Shown in pieces: positions 39,474 through 53,744 of a DNA stretch of 64,000 bases (the first letter of the stretch is position 1; each line of letters starts with the position of its first letter). The notes under the pieces were generated by a model. That model saw only the letters and a list, made by a program, of their open reading frames with translations, was not told where the DNA came from and searched no databases. The stretch comes from Phoronis australis (Eukaryota; Animalia; Phoronida): the NCBI GenBank assembly GCA_002633005.1, contig NMRA01000581.1, forward strand, positions 96,762 to 160,761, in the 5' to 3' direction. The position numbers were made by a program, and so were the translations under genes.

Positions 39474-39555
39474 CTTCTTCTCTCTATCTCTCCCTCTCCC
39501 TCCCTCCCTCCCTCCCTCCCCCCTCGCTCCCCCTCTCTCCCTTCCACCCACCTCT
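39474..39555. repeat. Polypyrimidine (CCCT/CT) tract
   Basis: tctctatctctccctctccctccctccctccctccctccccctcgctccccctctctccc. Confidence 0.85.
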
Positions 39556-40843
39556 AAGTCTTAAATCCTCCACTTTTGCTGAATATGTTCACTCACATAT
39601 ACATGTACAGTGTGCATCTGCTCAATGGGTCTGGAGGCACCTGCTCAGGGTAAATGACATATGAATGTGTATGGTTTATTGATAATATTGTTAATTTGTA
39701 GCGTTGAGTTTGGCGAATAAATGGTTAGGAAAAAGAAGGAAATCACTTACATGTATTTCAAGGAATATGAGACACTTTTTGCAGTGTTCTACTGGAAGGC
39801 CGGGGCTCTAACCACTGAGACAAATTGCCTCTCCATGACCTGTTTGGGGTTGCATGACGTCAGGAGAAGAAAACTCAGCTATCGACTTTCTTTAAATTGG
39901 CGTGTGTCAAATTCTTCTTACGAATATAATAATATTAAAGAAACGAGCACAAGATCACTTTTCTGAATCTCATTTCTTTACAAATCATTCGTCACCTGAG
40001 CAATGATTCCGATTTGCAAATCATTCTGTATGTCCTCACAAACCGATGGGCTGTGCCGTATTTTCTTGAAGAGCCTCGTAGACCACGTCATAAATTGAAA
40101 ACATATAGACAATAAAGCTGCAGCCTGTGATAAAATTTCAATCTGAAATTTTCAATCAGACCACCTGCCTCACATTTCTGCCACTTCTCTCGCAGTCGTT
40201 TGTTTGTTTATTCCAGCCTAACAGCTGGTTACATGATGCAGCTTCATCGACGAATAAGCCGGACACCACTTTGAAGCGACTTTGTGGTGGTCTACTTCGT
40301 TATTGGTTAATTGGTGTGAAGTACCTTCGGCTATGAATTCGTCTCTGTCTTACAAAAGTGGTAATAGTTTTCTAGAAATGGTGCGCATGAGGTGGTTAAT
40401 AGACTGACTTCTATACGTGTACTAGTTATTACGATTCAATGACTGTGGATTATCTCGTACGTAAATTTAAAATATCATCTTAGAAAAAAAATTAAAATAA
40501 TGAAAAGTATTAACATCTGAACGATGAATTGATTGACAGCTTACACAAGAACGTAACACTTCAATGTTCTTAGTGTGTAATACATCCGGTCACTTCCACT
40601 TCGTTTTACGTTATTTTCAAACAAGGTGTCGCTGCACTGCCTCGACCAAGTACGGCAGCAGACAATTGACTTTTTGTGTAATCTCTGCTCTCGTTGGCAA
40701 TTCAATGTACCCTAGTCCACGAAATTAATATAGTCATCGTCCTGTTAGTGAGACTGATGAAGAAACTTTGATCCAATTTGTTTTGACAAGCAAGGTAAGT
40801 AATGTGTAAAACTTTCCGAGTCGGGCAACTGCGAGTACATGTA

Positions 40844-41245
40844 GTTGTTAGGGCAACGGAAGCGAACAGTTATTTGGGCAACGAAAGCACAACAGTTATT
40901 TGGGAAACGAACGAGAGTAGTTATTTGGGAAACGAACGCGAACAGCTATTTGGGCAACGAACGCGAGTAGTTATTTGGGCAACAGTCGGGAGCTGGTATT
41001 TGTGCAACTAATGGAAGTAGCTTTTGGGTAACGACCACCAGCAGTTATTTGTGCAAAGAACGCGAGCAGTTATTTGTTATTTGTATAACGATCGGGAGTA
41101 GTTACTTGTCCAACGAGCATGGGTAGTTATTGGGACAATGAGCGCGAGCAGATAGTTGTGAAATGAACGCAAACAATTATTTGGTCAACGAACGGAAGCA
41201 GAAACGAACACAAGCAATTATTTGGGCAACGAACGCGAGCAATTA
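40844..41245. repeat. Diverged 25-bp minisatellite, about 15 units
   Basis: Consensus close to gttatttgggcaacgaacgcgagca. Confidence 0.9.
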
Positions 41246-41315
41246 CTTACAGGAATCGGTGCTTTTCCTGAACTTGATTCTTAAGAGTTCAGCTAACTCA
41301 CAGCGGCTGCACCAG

Positions 41316-41380
41316 ATAATAATAATAACGATAACGATATCGATATCGATTACGATAACGATAACGATAACGATAATAAA

Positions 41381-41414
<34 letters not shown>

Positions 41415-41502
41415 TCATTAAAACTAAATCTAAAACTAAGCATTAAACGATGCCGATGATAAGATGACGATGACTGGGATGGTGATGATGACGATGATGG
41501 TG
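41316..41502. repeat. Compound microsatellite (ATA)n / (ATAACG)n / (GAT)n
   Basis: Directly visible; explains the poly-Ile ORFs at 41163 and 41243. Confidence 0.95.
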
Positions 41503-42639
41503 ACAAATGGTTCCAAGAGTAATGACTCGGGGTACTTCCACTACAGAGGTACATGACATTTTACGAAAGTATACAGTTTTTAACAAAATTTCCAACTCTT
41601 CAAAACTTTACAAAATGTTCTATTTTTCAGCTATAAAAATGTACAGAAGGCTTTTTGATATTCAATTATATAGTTTTTATAACACCTGTTCCAAAAGATG
41701 TTTATAACACCTGTTCCAAAAGATGCTTTCAGTTTAGACTGGAGAATCATAAATCATAATGTACTCAACCTCAGAACAATTGGTAAGTATCTTGAGTTCG
41801 CCCAAAAGTAGAATAGAAAATGTCAAAAATAATTTCGAGTTAGATTTCGAGTATATAGCTTGGACACCGGGCCCTGGTCAGAATTATCTCCACATGGCAC
41901 CACACGTGGGTATTTTCATTAAAAAATATGAGGTCATTGGTGATCCCGGACTTCAAAACCAATGTCACGTTAGTATTTATGGCTTTGGTAGTGCGACGTC
42001 ATTTTCCATGCTTCCCATACTCATAAGTTTTCAATCTCGACTTTCAGTGATTCTTAGCCGAACTATATCTGGCAAAATGTCGTCGATTTCCATAACATAT
42101 TTTGCGACACTGAGCCGACTCGCGGTCGAATCGGTTTCGCCGTTAGGTGACTGATCGGTAGTGCCCTGAGAAAACTTTCTGCCCCCTTTCTTCTTTTCAA
42201 ATACAATCTCAACAACGTACACAAAACACTAAGCCGCTGTATTTTGAACTAAATTAGGAGAAACTAGATGACCACTGTCCGAGAAGATCACTGCTTTAAC
42301 CTCCTTAAAATGACGACAGGTAAATATTGGAAACAAAATACGGTTTCAGTTTCTTTTGTTTTGTTCCATTTTCACAACACCAGTTGCGCCACATATTTTT
42401 TATCTGAAAAGAAGTGCGTGTACAAAGTTAGATTTAAAAACAGTTGACTTCTACTTACCCTACACGATAGACAGGCACGTTCCCTTGTGCGTTACTCTTT
42501 CCGGTTGAGAAGATTGATCTCTTCGAGTTACGATTGATTCGGGCTACGTGTATACCTGTTTAATACTTGTCACTCAAACCTTGGTTCCAGCTCAACGCAT
42601 GAACCTCATCTCCACAATTTCTAAACATCTGTTCAACAA

Positions 42640-42750
42640 AAGTTTGCTCACTTATTCTTGTTGCACCGATTTCAAGCAGTGGAACAGCCTACCAAACCAC
42701 TTACGAGAAATACAATCTCCCTCAAACTTTTAGCAGCAAATCTTGGCAAC
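42640..42750 (+). mobile_element. 3' remnant of a CR1/L2-type LINE ORF2
   Basis: QWNSLPNHLREIQSPSNF matches the WNSLP...S...FK tail of CR1/L2-clade reverse transcriptases. Confidence 0.5.
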
Positions 42751-43779
42751 TTTCATTCCTTTAAGGCCTATTAAAACGATAAGCAGCCTCAATTTCTCGA
42801 ACGTTGCCATCGCATTCGACGGGTTTTCATCCGTAAGTGTAGCTTTCAAGTACGCAAACTTCAACTACTGTAATACACAATGCGTGTAGTTCAAAGGTTG
42901 TAAAATGATATGCGAAGTTAGCTGTTACAATATTTCTGCCAAACGCTTGTGGCCACACAAATGGTATTTTAATAACACAGTCTAAGAAGTGTTCTTAAGA
43001 TCATCAGTGGAGCTTAAAGGCCACCAGTGAGTCCAATCTTAACTTAGTGGCGCATTAAGTCTTTGGAAACAAACAGTCAGAGCGCTGCGGTCCATACTGT
43101 GTTTTAAATCTCTGGTCTTGGTTACTCTATAGAGTTCCATTGACCGACCGGCGATGGTGACCGGGGGCTGGTGGAATGGGTGAGAGACTGGGTGTTGACG
43201 GGGAGAGTGGACGGGTGGGAAAGAGAGAAGGCTGGTTTGGCTCACAACCGGAAGTTGCGCGGATTGAGTTGCATGCGAAGGAATGCGTAAAATCTGAGGC
43301 TCACGAGCAGGAGAGGACCAAGCTAGAATGGCTAGTGATTGGGAAGGGACAGGACGCCCTTACCCATTTGTGGTTCCAGGTCACAGCTGAGCGTCCTTAA
43401 AGGTGATCACGCGTTGGGTCTCCCAAAAGTATATCAATCATTAGTCATATGGTTCCTATGTGTACACTCTTTCACACACCCTCTGATACAGCGCCACCTA
43501 TACTGAAAAGTGGCCTTTTAGAAACATGATGAACGACACATGGAATCATTCCGTGTGTGGGCATCAATGCGCATGCTTCGTCGGAAGTTTATCGATCACA
43601 TCGCCACCCCTTGCACACGCCTTCAATGCACTGGGCTTGGCCACGGGATCGGGCTTCCCGATAGAAAGCGTTCATCATGTTTCCACAGGGCCACTTCTCA
43701 GTTTAGGTGGCTTTGTGTCAGATTGTATTCTATGTACAGAAAGAATGAATAGTACCGAGTCAAATTGCTGCATGATGTG

Positions 43780-43935
43780 GCTGTGGTGGTGGTGTTAGTG
43801 GTGGTGGTTGTGGTGGTGGTCATCGGTGGTGGTCGTAGTGGTGGTTGTGGTGGTGGTCATCGGTGGTGGTCGTAGTGGTGGTTGTGGTGGTGGTCATTGG
43901 TGGTGGTCGTAGTGGTGGTTGTAGTGGGGTGGTAA
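43780..43935. repeat. (GGT)n microsatellite with a 33-bp higher-order unit
   Basis: gtggtggttgtggtggtggtcatcggtggtggtcgta-type blocks repeated three times. Confidence 0.9.
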
Positions 43936-46900
43936 CAGTTATTACTCTATTCCTGTCGCCACTAATGTCATCTGCAATAACTTATAATTTCATTCCAACC
44001 CAGTTGCCTGTATATTGACCACGAGTCATCTTTAAAGTTTGCAACTGACAACAGATCAGAGAGAACGTACGATTTCATTCTTAAACAGTATTTCATTTCA
44101 GTGCAAAATACCGTTCACGTCAAACCATCAATTCAAATTAAAGTAAGCTTTCTCACGGTTAGTTAATAATAGAAATGTACTATCACATTCAAGTTCCCTT
44201 GTGATTTTTCCAGTGTTTTGTTTGTTTGTTTAAATTTTCGGTAAAATGTCGCCCACTGAGCAGTTCGTAGGGGTTGTTTCAATTACTACCTCAAACACAT
44301 TTTCTCATACCCGAAAAGTCCGCTAATTACATATCACTTGCAGGAAGCCTGTCGTTTCACCACCGAATCATTTATACAAACGTGTATTTTTAGCTGTATA
44401 TAATTAATGTTATTAATGTATTCATAAGATGATTTATCCCGGTTCCTGTTTATAAAGATTCGTCAACTGCTACATCCTCAGATAGTTATTACTGTATTGA
44501 TCGTAATTCTAAGCTATCGGAGAGAATATTAATTACCATTATCTTTGATCGTAGTCATTAAAAGCAAAGGGTGGTATCAGAATGGCTGAAAAGAACGCAG
44601 TTGAAGATATCAACAAGGCAAATAGTGGGGTGCGTTCCGTAGACGCGAGAAACTCGCGGAAATGTACTGAAGACGAGTAAGTGGTTTGCAAGTATGTTCG
44701 AAAAGTTACAAGGCTACTCTAGCAAAATGGTGGCGTCTACAGTACGTGATTGGTCGTTGTGGTGTAATGTTGAATTGTAGTATATAATTCATTGTTTCCC
44801 TTTGATGAGCCAAGGTTTGTAGATGCAAGTGCGTCGCTAGTGTCTTGAGTCCAGGGAAAGCAGCCCCGACTGCCACCGCCGTAACTTCCGACCAGGTTGT
44901 CTGAGCCGAACGTCATTGTTGTTGACAAGGGGCTCATAGCCTTGCCGTTCAAGGTGTATACATGTAGACCTAAGTCAGTGATGGGCGCAACGCGCATCCT
45001 GTATGTACATGTATACATGCATATGTTGCAATAAATGGAAATTCAACTCAGAAAAGGGTAATTTGAATCTGACACTTTCCCAAAGCTGACTCAATTATGC
45101 GCATGCCCGGCACGTAGTTAAGACGGTGTAGTTTCTCTTTTATATCCGTTCCCTAAAAGGAAATATGGCTACAATGCTGCTTTGACTGCGGTTTTGATCA
45201 AGTAAATATAAAGAAATTTGGAGTTGTGCCCACAGTTCTGCGCTTCCATAAGCACTTGTCCCCTTGCGGCCTTGCTCGTCAATATTTTTGTCAAAATTTG
45301 TTCGCCATTTAAGTCATCTAATGCTCACACATGCTGACAACAGTGACAAGTTGAGAGGGAGGGGGGGGGGGGTGTNATGTCGTTCGTAGCGCTACTTAGC
45401 TCAGACGCGTATTCACGACGTGACCTTCTAAATTTAGGTCAACCATACCATACGTTTTTCTACCTCCGCAAAAGAAGAGAATTGAGCTCATGAATATTCG
45501 TTCAGCATCTGCAAAACATCTGTAATTCTCAAATTATTCTGATATAAGCCGATATCGATTCGGACGTTAAATGAGACGGCACAATCTTTGAAAGGTCAAT
45601 TGCCCAATTACGACTTCACGCAACTTCGGTTGAATTAAAGCCTTCACACCTGCGTTGTCTGTTTAGGAAACCTTCCAGAATTGGATTAGGAGTTTTAGCT
45701 GTCACCCCCGTTAATTGGTGTGAGTGTATTCTATTGGGGGGGGGGGGGGTGTGTCAAACATAANGGGGGGGGTGGTGTGTCAAACATAATTTGAGTGTTA
45801 AGATTAGGTTAGGAAGTGCAAGCGGACGCATGGATGTCGCAAGTTAAACGACATCAATTCTATGAGCAGTTACCAGCACTAGAGATTTTTATTGGTCAAC
45901 GTGTTATGGTTTACTTATTATTGAATGTATCATGATCCCTTTTGGTCGATTGTTAGAAAAAATGTCTTCAAGCTACGAGTGGTGATGACGAATTGAACTT
46001 CTATCGGACTAAGGCCGTGATACCTCAATTTCACCTCAGGCATTTCGTTTCCGATAACAAGGCTCCGTTGTCGAGACGCTCGCACATTTGCAGACCCAGC
46101 ATCGATAAATAACAATTTAGCTTTGACTTGGGCACTGATGTTAGAAGAAACAGTTAGTAAAACCAAAATAACAGCGACTAAGTCTACCAGACACAATGTT
46201 TGTGTTGTGAGACTTGCTCACAGCCCCAAGATGGACCCAAAGGTACCATCTCATGGGTCGCAGTCCAACGTTTTGCCAGTAAGATTAAAAGCCAATGTGA
46301 CAAGTAGGCTACTTTTAAGCAACTTAAACCAATATTATCGCATCGGCCTCGATTTCTTAGTCTATCGAATGCCTGGTGTCCAAGGTGGCGATATTATATA
46401 CATGTAAATCACAAAGACACCGGATTTTGCTGTCTTATAGCTCTGATCATAGATAATACCGCCAAGAAGTCTATCCTTCTCAGCAATAATTCCAAAAATA
46501 CAGTTTTTATCCCTTAAACTGATTCCGACCCCGTGCAACGTCATTAATGTACACGGCTGTTTTTGTTCGTGTTTTGGGTGGTACCCCTTGTTTTCTGTTG
46601 TTGATACGGAGAGCTACCGTTCCTAATTAAACTCCATCAAATTATACAGCGGATGCAGTTTACTGGTTACTGATTACTAGTTCGATATTTTTATTGTCCA
46701 AAAACACGCCTTCAAATCAATATTATAATCTTGTGGTTGAAGAAAAGTAACGTTTACTCTTAGCCATATTTTACACCTTTCTATTATTTCGGGTATTTCA
46801 AGATATCAAAGAACTCAAAAGTATTCGAATGGCCATTTTACAAGCGTTCAAACAAATGTTTTGAAAGAGAACTCTCATTTCCGTCAACTCACAACTTTGC

Positions 46901-49363
46901 GTCTTTAAAGTTTACAAATAATGAAGCAATTTCTAGTCTGAGTTACAAACGTATTTTCCCGCTATTGCTACTGCAACATTATTGCCCCGAGCTTTATATT
47001 TTTCAACGTGTGTTCGTTTTTCTGCTCAAACTGTCAGTCATGATTTCAAATATAACACCATGGTATCAGCCAAGTGTTTTACAGTACTTTGCCGTTTGAA
47101 CACATAGTTAGTTATTATTACCCATCGTTGAGCAGTGGCTTTTTTATGTAAGACTATCAAGCACGTCAGTCAATCACTGGTGATGTGTTTCATGAAAATC
47201 CAAAGCTTGGGCAAAATCTTGTGTGCAAAGATTTCTGCGAGCACAAGATGACTTAGCAAATTGGACGCTGTCAATTTTTTGATATTTAGATATTGCGTAG
47301 GCGATGAAATAGTTTCGTTTATTTGTTGCGTGGTGATACTAATTCTTCCTACTGTTGATCCGCAGAAAGAATATTTTGTTTTCATGACCACGCTCATGAA
47401 CACTGCATCAAAGATAAAAATTTCTGTGTCGTTTTCATTACAGAAGTTACTCTAGCTTGAGAAGAGGCAAGTACAAAAGTATGATGAAACGGCTTAGTCA
47501 ATGCCTATGTACATGCACTACTTGATGAGATTAATTGAGCTCAACAAAAAATTGTAAGCCTGTCATTTATTAATTCGGTCCTTGTTTTGATTAAGATTTG
47601 CAGTACTTCCTAGTTTCTCACCGACGACTCTTTCGACATAATGACTCCTGGAACGAGTTGAGATCTGAACTCAATTAGTAAGACAAGCTCGTGAGTGCCG
47701 CACGAGAATAAAACTTCAGCACCACATTGGCCGTGAACTTCAGGTGTTACTTGGTCATCTTCTCCAGTAAAACTGTACCTCATTCATCTTTACACAGAGC
47801 AAAACATGAAAAAATTCATTAGGACGAAAAGAGACAACACTTGATAATGCTAAGAAAACCTGCAACGAAAGGACTGGGAAAATTTATCGCACACAGATGT
47901 AGAGTGCACAGGAAACCGTTTCTTTTTTTCAAAACCCTCAAATTCAGACTATATATTTGAATAAACCTCTGCGTCCAACATTTTCTTTCCTTGCGCAACG
48001 TCTCCTCTCTTTGCCCAACTAAATCAAAAATTATTGAAGGGGAACAAGACCAGACCCCCCAAGAAGTTACAGCATTTTATGCTGCTCTACCTAATGATTT
48101 TTTGTATCACTGCTGTTAACAAAAAAGTGTGCGGTGGCGCCACTGTACAACCTCATCGCACTCGACTGCGGCGCAGTGTATCGCAGTTTTCAACAAGACA
48201 TGTTTGTAATTGCAAACCTACGGGTAACCTTCGATTTGTATGTGCGATGGGGAGCTGTCTTCCAAATAAAGTGCAATGGGGGACATCGCACACTGAAAAT
48301 CCAGATCTACACACAAGCTCAGGGAAACAGAAAAAAAACAAGTACCCGATATAACACCAAATGATGGAAAATCCTACGGCAACACATCCACTCTCCTTTG
48401 GGCTGTCATTTCTTTTTTGGTCTCCTGAGATTATACATGTACCATTAAGCCAAAATACACACTGCAAGCTGCGACAGGGAACATCTAACTTTTTCCTGTG
48501 ACTTTACCAGTCAGACGACTCCAAAACGAAAGTAGAACACGATTTTAAATGAATTCATTTATTTTTTCGCGTTAAGCCTGCTATATGCCGACCCTACACC
48601 AAACCATTTTTAGATATCGAAGTTATTTTTGGACTAACGATTCGTTGTTGCTTGAGACCGGGCTGAACTTGTGGGACCCGGTGGGTACCTAGGAACACGG
48701 AGTCTCGTGCATGGTTGGCTCTGTGGCCACACTGGCTGTCCCTAAGCTATAACTTCGCTAAGCGTGTATGGTGATGAATGAAGATGAAGATGACGATACG
48801 TAAAATACATGGTAAAACGAGTCGAAATTTAGCAGACTCTTTCTATGAATACACTGTTACGCACTCAGGCAGACCTTGGAGTTCTGTTATGCAAAATGTC
48901 AATAGTTTGTTAGCTAATCAAATATTGGATAACAAATTGGCAGATGATAGAGCCAATCACGTCGGGAAGTTCTCCCATAGGAACAGCCAAGAGTTTTGCT
49001 TTTCATCGATTTGCTGAACTTATCTTAGAGAAAAACCAATAACCACGGTTTCGTAATAGATAGAACTTTATTTCGGTTATTACGAGTGGCAGTTTGAGAG
49101 GATACCCAATTAGGGCGCGTTAGGTAACCACAGAGACATTTCAGTCGAGAAATCTTTGTTTATTTTTCGAAAATAGTGATTTCTCTCCAATTTAATATTC
49201 CTAAAACTGAGGTCATCCAAACACTTCAATAGCGACCATTTTTATACTGTTGCAAGGCGCTATGTTTACTTGCGAAACAAGCGTGATCTTGCGTAATCTC
49301 GCCAAACTTGGACCTGTATAGGATAGTCGAACCGTGAAGACTGCTTTAAAATACGATTATTTC

Positions 49364-49522
49364 CAGTGGCGGATTTGGGGGGGCCAAGGGTGCCACGCCC
49401 CCCCCCCCTAAATTCTCCCAGATTCCATTTAGCAGTTCCGGGGTGCGAATGTCTGACGAGCAAAATCCAGGATAATACTCTGCCCTGGCGCCTCCTAATT
49501 CAAAATCCTGGACCCGCCTCTG
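49364..49522. mobile_element. CAGTGGCGGA-type MITE with 5-bp flanking direct repeat
   Basis: atttc|cagtggcggattt...ggacccgcctctg|atttc. Confidence 0.75.
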
Positions 49523-52464
49523 ATTTCACCCAAAATAGTTGCCAGTTTATATTTCTCAAAGACCGATTGCTTTGTTACAAATAGTGGAAACTTCGCCAAA
49601 TGTTGTTCACATGCTAAAGGGTAGCGTTTCCGTTAACACTTTAGCTAGCAGCAAAAACGATACTAATGTGAACGGCCGAAAGGAACACTTTTCCTGCCGC
49701 TTCGCTGGAGATTTGAGTTACCCCAAAACGCTTGGCGTTTTCGCGAGCACTTTTGTAGCCAGGCCGCTTGCTTCTTCAAAGGACACACAGGCATGCGCTG
49801 GGGTTAGAGTCTTTTGCTCTATCGTCATACCCGTATCATTTGATGTCAGAGAGTGAAAGCGATTTGACATCAAAGTTCGATTAAAAGCGACTGGGGTGGT
49901 GAGGAAGCAAACTAACTGCTAGCGAAAATTATTCAATCGCGGACAGCTCGTCTCTCTGCCTTGCAAAAAATCACAGAATGGAACATGACTGTGCGGTTCG
50001 TACAGTGACTTACCCGATCACAGGGCCACTTATATGGAAATGTCGCCTTTTGGAATGAAATGATAATGAATGACAAACAGAATTCCGTGTGTGGGGACAG
50101 TATCACTTGCCTCTATTTTCTCATCTTGATAAACGTTATACAAAAAGGAACGGTGTGCAATTTAAATCATTGAGCAACAATCGAATAAGTACTTGCCTCA
50201 AAATTACAGACAATGAGAACTATATCTGTCCGTTTTCGAGTAGTTCACAAAACTGTAATGAGAATGGAGGCTTGGTGCGAGAATATATCTTAGCACCATT
50301 CCGACAGCACAACCAAAGAGAAGGAATGCTTTAGGACGTCTAAAATACAAACGGACACTTTTCCTATAAAAAGAGGAATGAAATCATGCTGTAGGCAACT
50401 CCTGTACGGATAGGGCCGAAGTACATGTAAACATCACTCATACTACTAAACCAGAACGTATACCTGTATACAAGATCTCATTTTGCGTCAGGTCTTGAAC
50501 TATATCTGAGATTGTCCCTAATGCTCAAAATACAGCAAACAAGTGACCGTTTAAAGTTTATCAAAACATTACATTTGTATGTGATAGATGCAATGCTGTG
50601 TTTGAGTTACGTTGTTACGGTTCGCTGACTGCGTGACGGCGGAGTGAGTTTCAATGACGCACACAGCAACATATGGTCTCCTGTTTCCCTCAGGTCCAAA
50701 CCCAAACTGGTTTCCTAGTGAAGACTAGGCAGCTCAAATCGATTGTGACTCGATCGTATTGGTCAGGCAAATGACGTCGAGCTACATGTACTTAATAGCA
50801 ACGAAGACTGACCAGCCCACCAAAGGCACGTATTGGTCCCCGGCCTCTTCACAATAATTCTCTTATGCTTTGACTACCATGTAAATATTTGGCGGTTAAC
50901 GGTAGCACATGTGTAATCACACTGACCATACACGTACATATGCCACACCGATGTTAGTTCGTAGCATACATGTAGGTTCTGCTACGGTGTGTCCATAGTC
51001 TTTTGTTAAATAAAAAGCATTGAAGCGACACCTATCAACTCATATGACTTTATGAACAATTAAGTCAATACTATCAGGAGCTTGATTGCATTTTCGGATT
51101 GCACGAAGCGTAGTTAGTGTCCCCTCCCCTCCTCCACCGTTATCAACAAGAATGTGTGTGTTCGTCGTCCTGTCAACAAGGATCAAGCGCCTTTGTAGAA
51201 AATAAGATACCTGGACATGCTGCGCCTCCTAACGTGATTTATAGTTATTGGTTTTAACCCATTTACAATATACGATACATTAAGCTCTATTGTACATGGC
51301 AAATGGGTTAATAGCCCCAAAGTATTTTCTTTTCTCATCACAGTTGTGACTAATAGGCTAATATAATTTTTTGTTTCTATTGTACGCGTTCAATGTACAA
51401 CTGTACAATCCGTGATTCAGGTCACCAAACTTTTAAAGCATAGGCTCTACTGAGGAATTTGATTTAACGATTTTAAAATTAAAATTCGGGGTTATTCAAT
51501 CAAGCATTTTAAATGTAACATGAAATGTGACACTCAGATTAGATCTTCGACCTTCTTTTGCTTTTTTGTATACTCATCGTAAAACCAATTTAAAACTTAT
51601 ATTTTAAGAAGGCGCTAGTGTTTTTTCAACGTGAAAAACGATACTTAAGAGAAACCTCCAAATTTGGACCTCTTCCTAGTGTCTTACTTTTGTTTATTTC
51701 AGGTTTCCGTGTGACGACGGCCATGTAGGTTACGGTAAACGCTGTCTCTTTTCTTCGCAATAAAAAACCGTGGACGATTACTCGTTTACATGTGTACATC
51801 TTGGATGCGATTTATGAAATCTGCAGTCTGTAATGTTTAGCTGGATACAAATGAAAATTGGATTAGGCATTTTACTCTCAAAACATCGGTCGCATAAGCC
51901 TCCTTACCGAGATAGGATTCTATTTCTGAAAGCGAGGTAAGTCACGGGCAATTATGCGTACATGCGCCGTTTTCGATTTCACAATTTCAAAGTAGGCTCC
52001 AATAAACTGAAGCGTTTTCTTGAGTTACCGATGGATTCTATGTTCTTATTGGTAACGGAAATAGAATCATGTCACGGTAAGAAATACATGTATGGCCGAA
52101 ATGCAATTTCAATTAATTTTAAAAGCAACTGATGTTACCGTGACTAATTGCTATTCAAACTTTATGTCCCAAACCTGACAATAACACTAAAACTTCTAAA
52201 CTTATTTTGAGAACTGGCCAGACAACAAGCTGAGCTATAGACTTTTCATTATCTTATCTGTTGACATCTGTTCAAACGCCACCACTTTCTTTTCCCATTC
52301 ATCAAGCTTTAGCCTTTGAATAGCGCCACGCAACGGCAAACCCAAAACGGAATTACCGCCGTGATTTGCTGACACTTCGGACATTGAACTAGCCTTTTAG
52401 TCTTGTGCACAGTATTTCTGCAGACGCCAAAGGGAGGTATCACTGGTTCGGGAAGTTTGCAAAA

Positions 52465-52470
52465 TTTATT
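52465..52470 (-). terminator. Probable polyadenylation signal of the small peptide gene
   Basis: AATAAA on the minus strand about 270 nt after the inferred stop at 52740. Confidence 0.45.
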
Positions 52471-52739
52471 GCGTCTGAAAAAGAGTCGTAAATTGAAGGC
52501 GGGATTTCATGGAATAGCTCGTTATAAACACAAACAGAAACAGTTCATGACGTCAAATCAAAACTGTCAACTTTGGAGCAGTCAAGTTAACGGCGTCTCC
52601 AACCTCGGACACAGCCAGCCAAGTTTGCGCCATCCGACAAAATAGGTGATTTTGACGATACATGTGTGAGTGCTCCTGGGATGATCCTGAAGATGGCGCT
52701 ACTTTGATTTTACCCAAAAGTAGACTTCACCCGACCGAC

Positions 52740-52746
52740 TCAGGGT
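52740..52746 (-). CDS. Inferred last coding exon of the small secreted peptide gene (adds K-P-stop)
   Basis: Long polypyrimidine tract (tttctttttctttctattttacattttcaccccaccccgtgctttcag|) then A CCC TGA, in phase with the phase-2 donor of the 53745 exon. Confidence 0.45.
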
Positions 52747-53744
52747 CTGAAAGCACGGGGTGGGGTGAAAATGTAAAATAGAAAGAAAAAGAAACGTACT
52801 TAACCGTACAATCTATGCATTCGTCTATAGCAGCTTTTGTAAAATAAGCAGCATATATCATCTAACCTTATGAAACTATAGTGCAGTAGTTGAATAAACT
52901 AGTCAAAGTGAATAGTTGTAATAGTCAGAGGTCTAATTTCACAATTTTACATAGGATGATATCATGCTTTTTAAAAACATCATTTTCAGTGTACTTTTTC
53001 AAAGCTGTCGAGTTTTCATATGACTTGATTTCTTATGGTTTTAATATACGTGTAAAAGTGCATCTCTATGGAGCAGCGTAACGTACAGTTATGTGGAGCA
53101 GCGTAACGTACAGTTATGTTGACGTGTTCTTCGACCTCAATAGACTCAATGCAACGTGTAACTAATTGTAACCACTTCGACTACGGTCTCACAACACGCC
53201 GGAATAGAGTAAACCCACAGCCATGCTTACGGTGACTTTTCACCCAGTTTCTTAGGAGCGCCAGCGGCCAGTAACTATTCTTGCAAGTAAAATCTAGTCA
53301 GAAAACGTGCTTTACGTTTAATGCACGACGAATTTCCGTGAAATGGTCGCGCTCCTGTCAAACTTGCGATATATTAACATTTAAGGTTAGTAATTTAAAT
53401 TACGGAACGCAATCTCAATGCAAGACACTCACTAGACAATCTCTGTGGAAAGAAATTTTCACTTATGGAACGGATGCCGAGTGAGTTTCCTCCCATAATT
53501 CCACACTTCATCCTCGCTGGCCAATCGGCTAACAATGTCTCGAAATACCCCCATGAACATGCGTGTTTTTATGTTGTCTTGCGCGATTTAACCAAACTAG
53601 CAAGAAACGTGGCCTTAAGGAACGCACCCCAGAATTCACTCAAATTTTTCCGTTTCGGTTCCAGTCCCACACGAGACACAGAAACAGGAAACAAATTGAC
53701 TAAATAAAGTCTCGTCACCTTTAATTGGGTCCAGTATTACTTAC

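Noticed and set aside
39792-39840. tRNA-like A-box sequence on the minus strand (tgtctcagtggttagagc)
   Set aside because: No B-box or cloverleaf follows; at most a truncated SINE head, not a tRNA gene.
40844-41245. Regular 25-bp repeats that superficially resemble a CRISPR array
   Set aside because: Units are head-to-tail with no unique spacers, there are no cas genes, and the context is eukaryotic; it is a minisatellite.
41163-41554. Poly-Ile hydrophobic ORFs
   Set aside because: They are translations of ATA/ATAACG microsatellites.
45731-45792. Duplicated G-run plus gtgtcaaacata
   Set aside because: It spans an N within homopolymers and is a likely assembly artefact.
45930-46196. ORF with a hydrophobic N-terminus resembling a signal peptide
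   Set aside because: Starts at TTG with no in-frame ATG or convincing splice sites and has no recognisable domain.
53067-53118. Exact 25-bp tandem duplication (similar ones at about 41676-41726 and 21998-22036)
   Set aside because: Ordinary local slippage duplications with no further structure.
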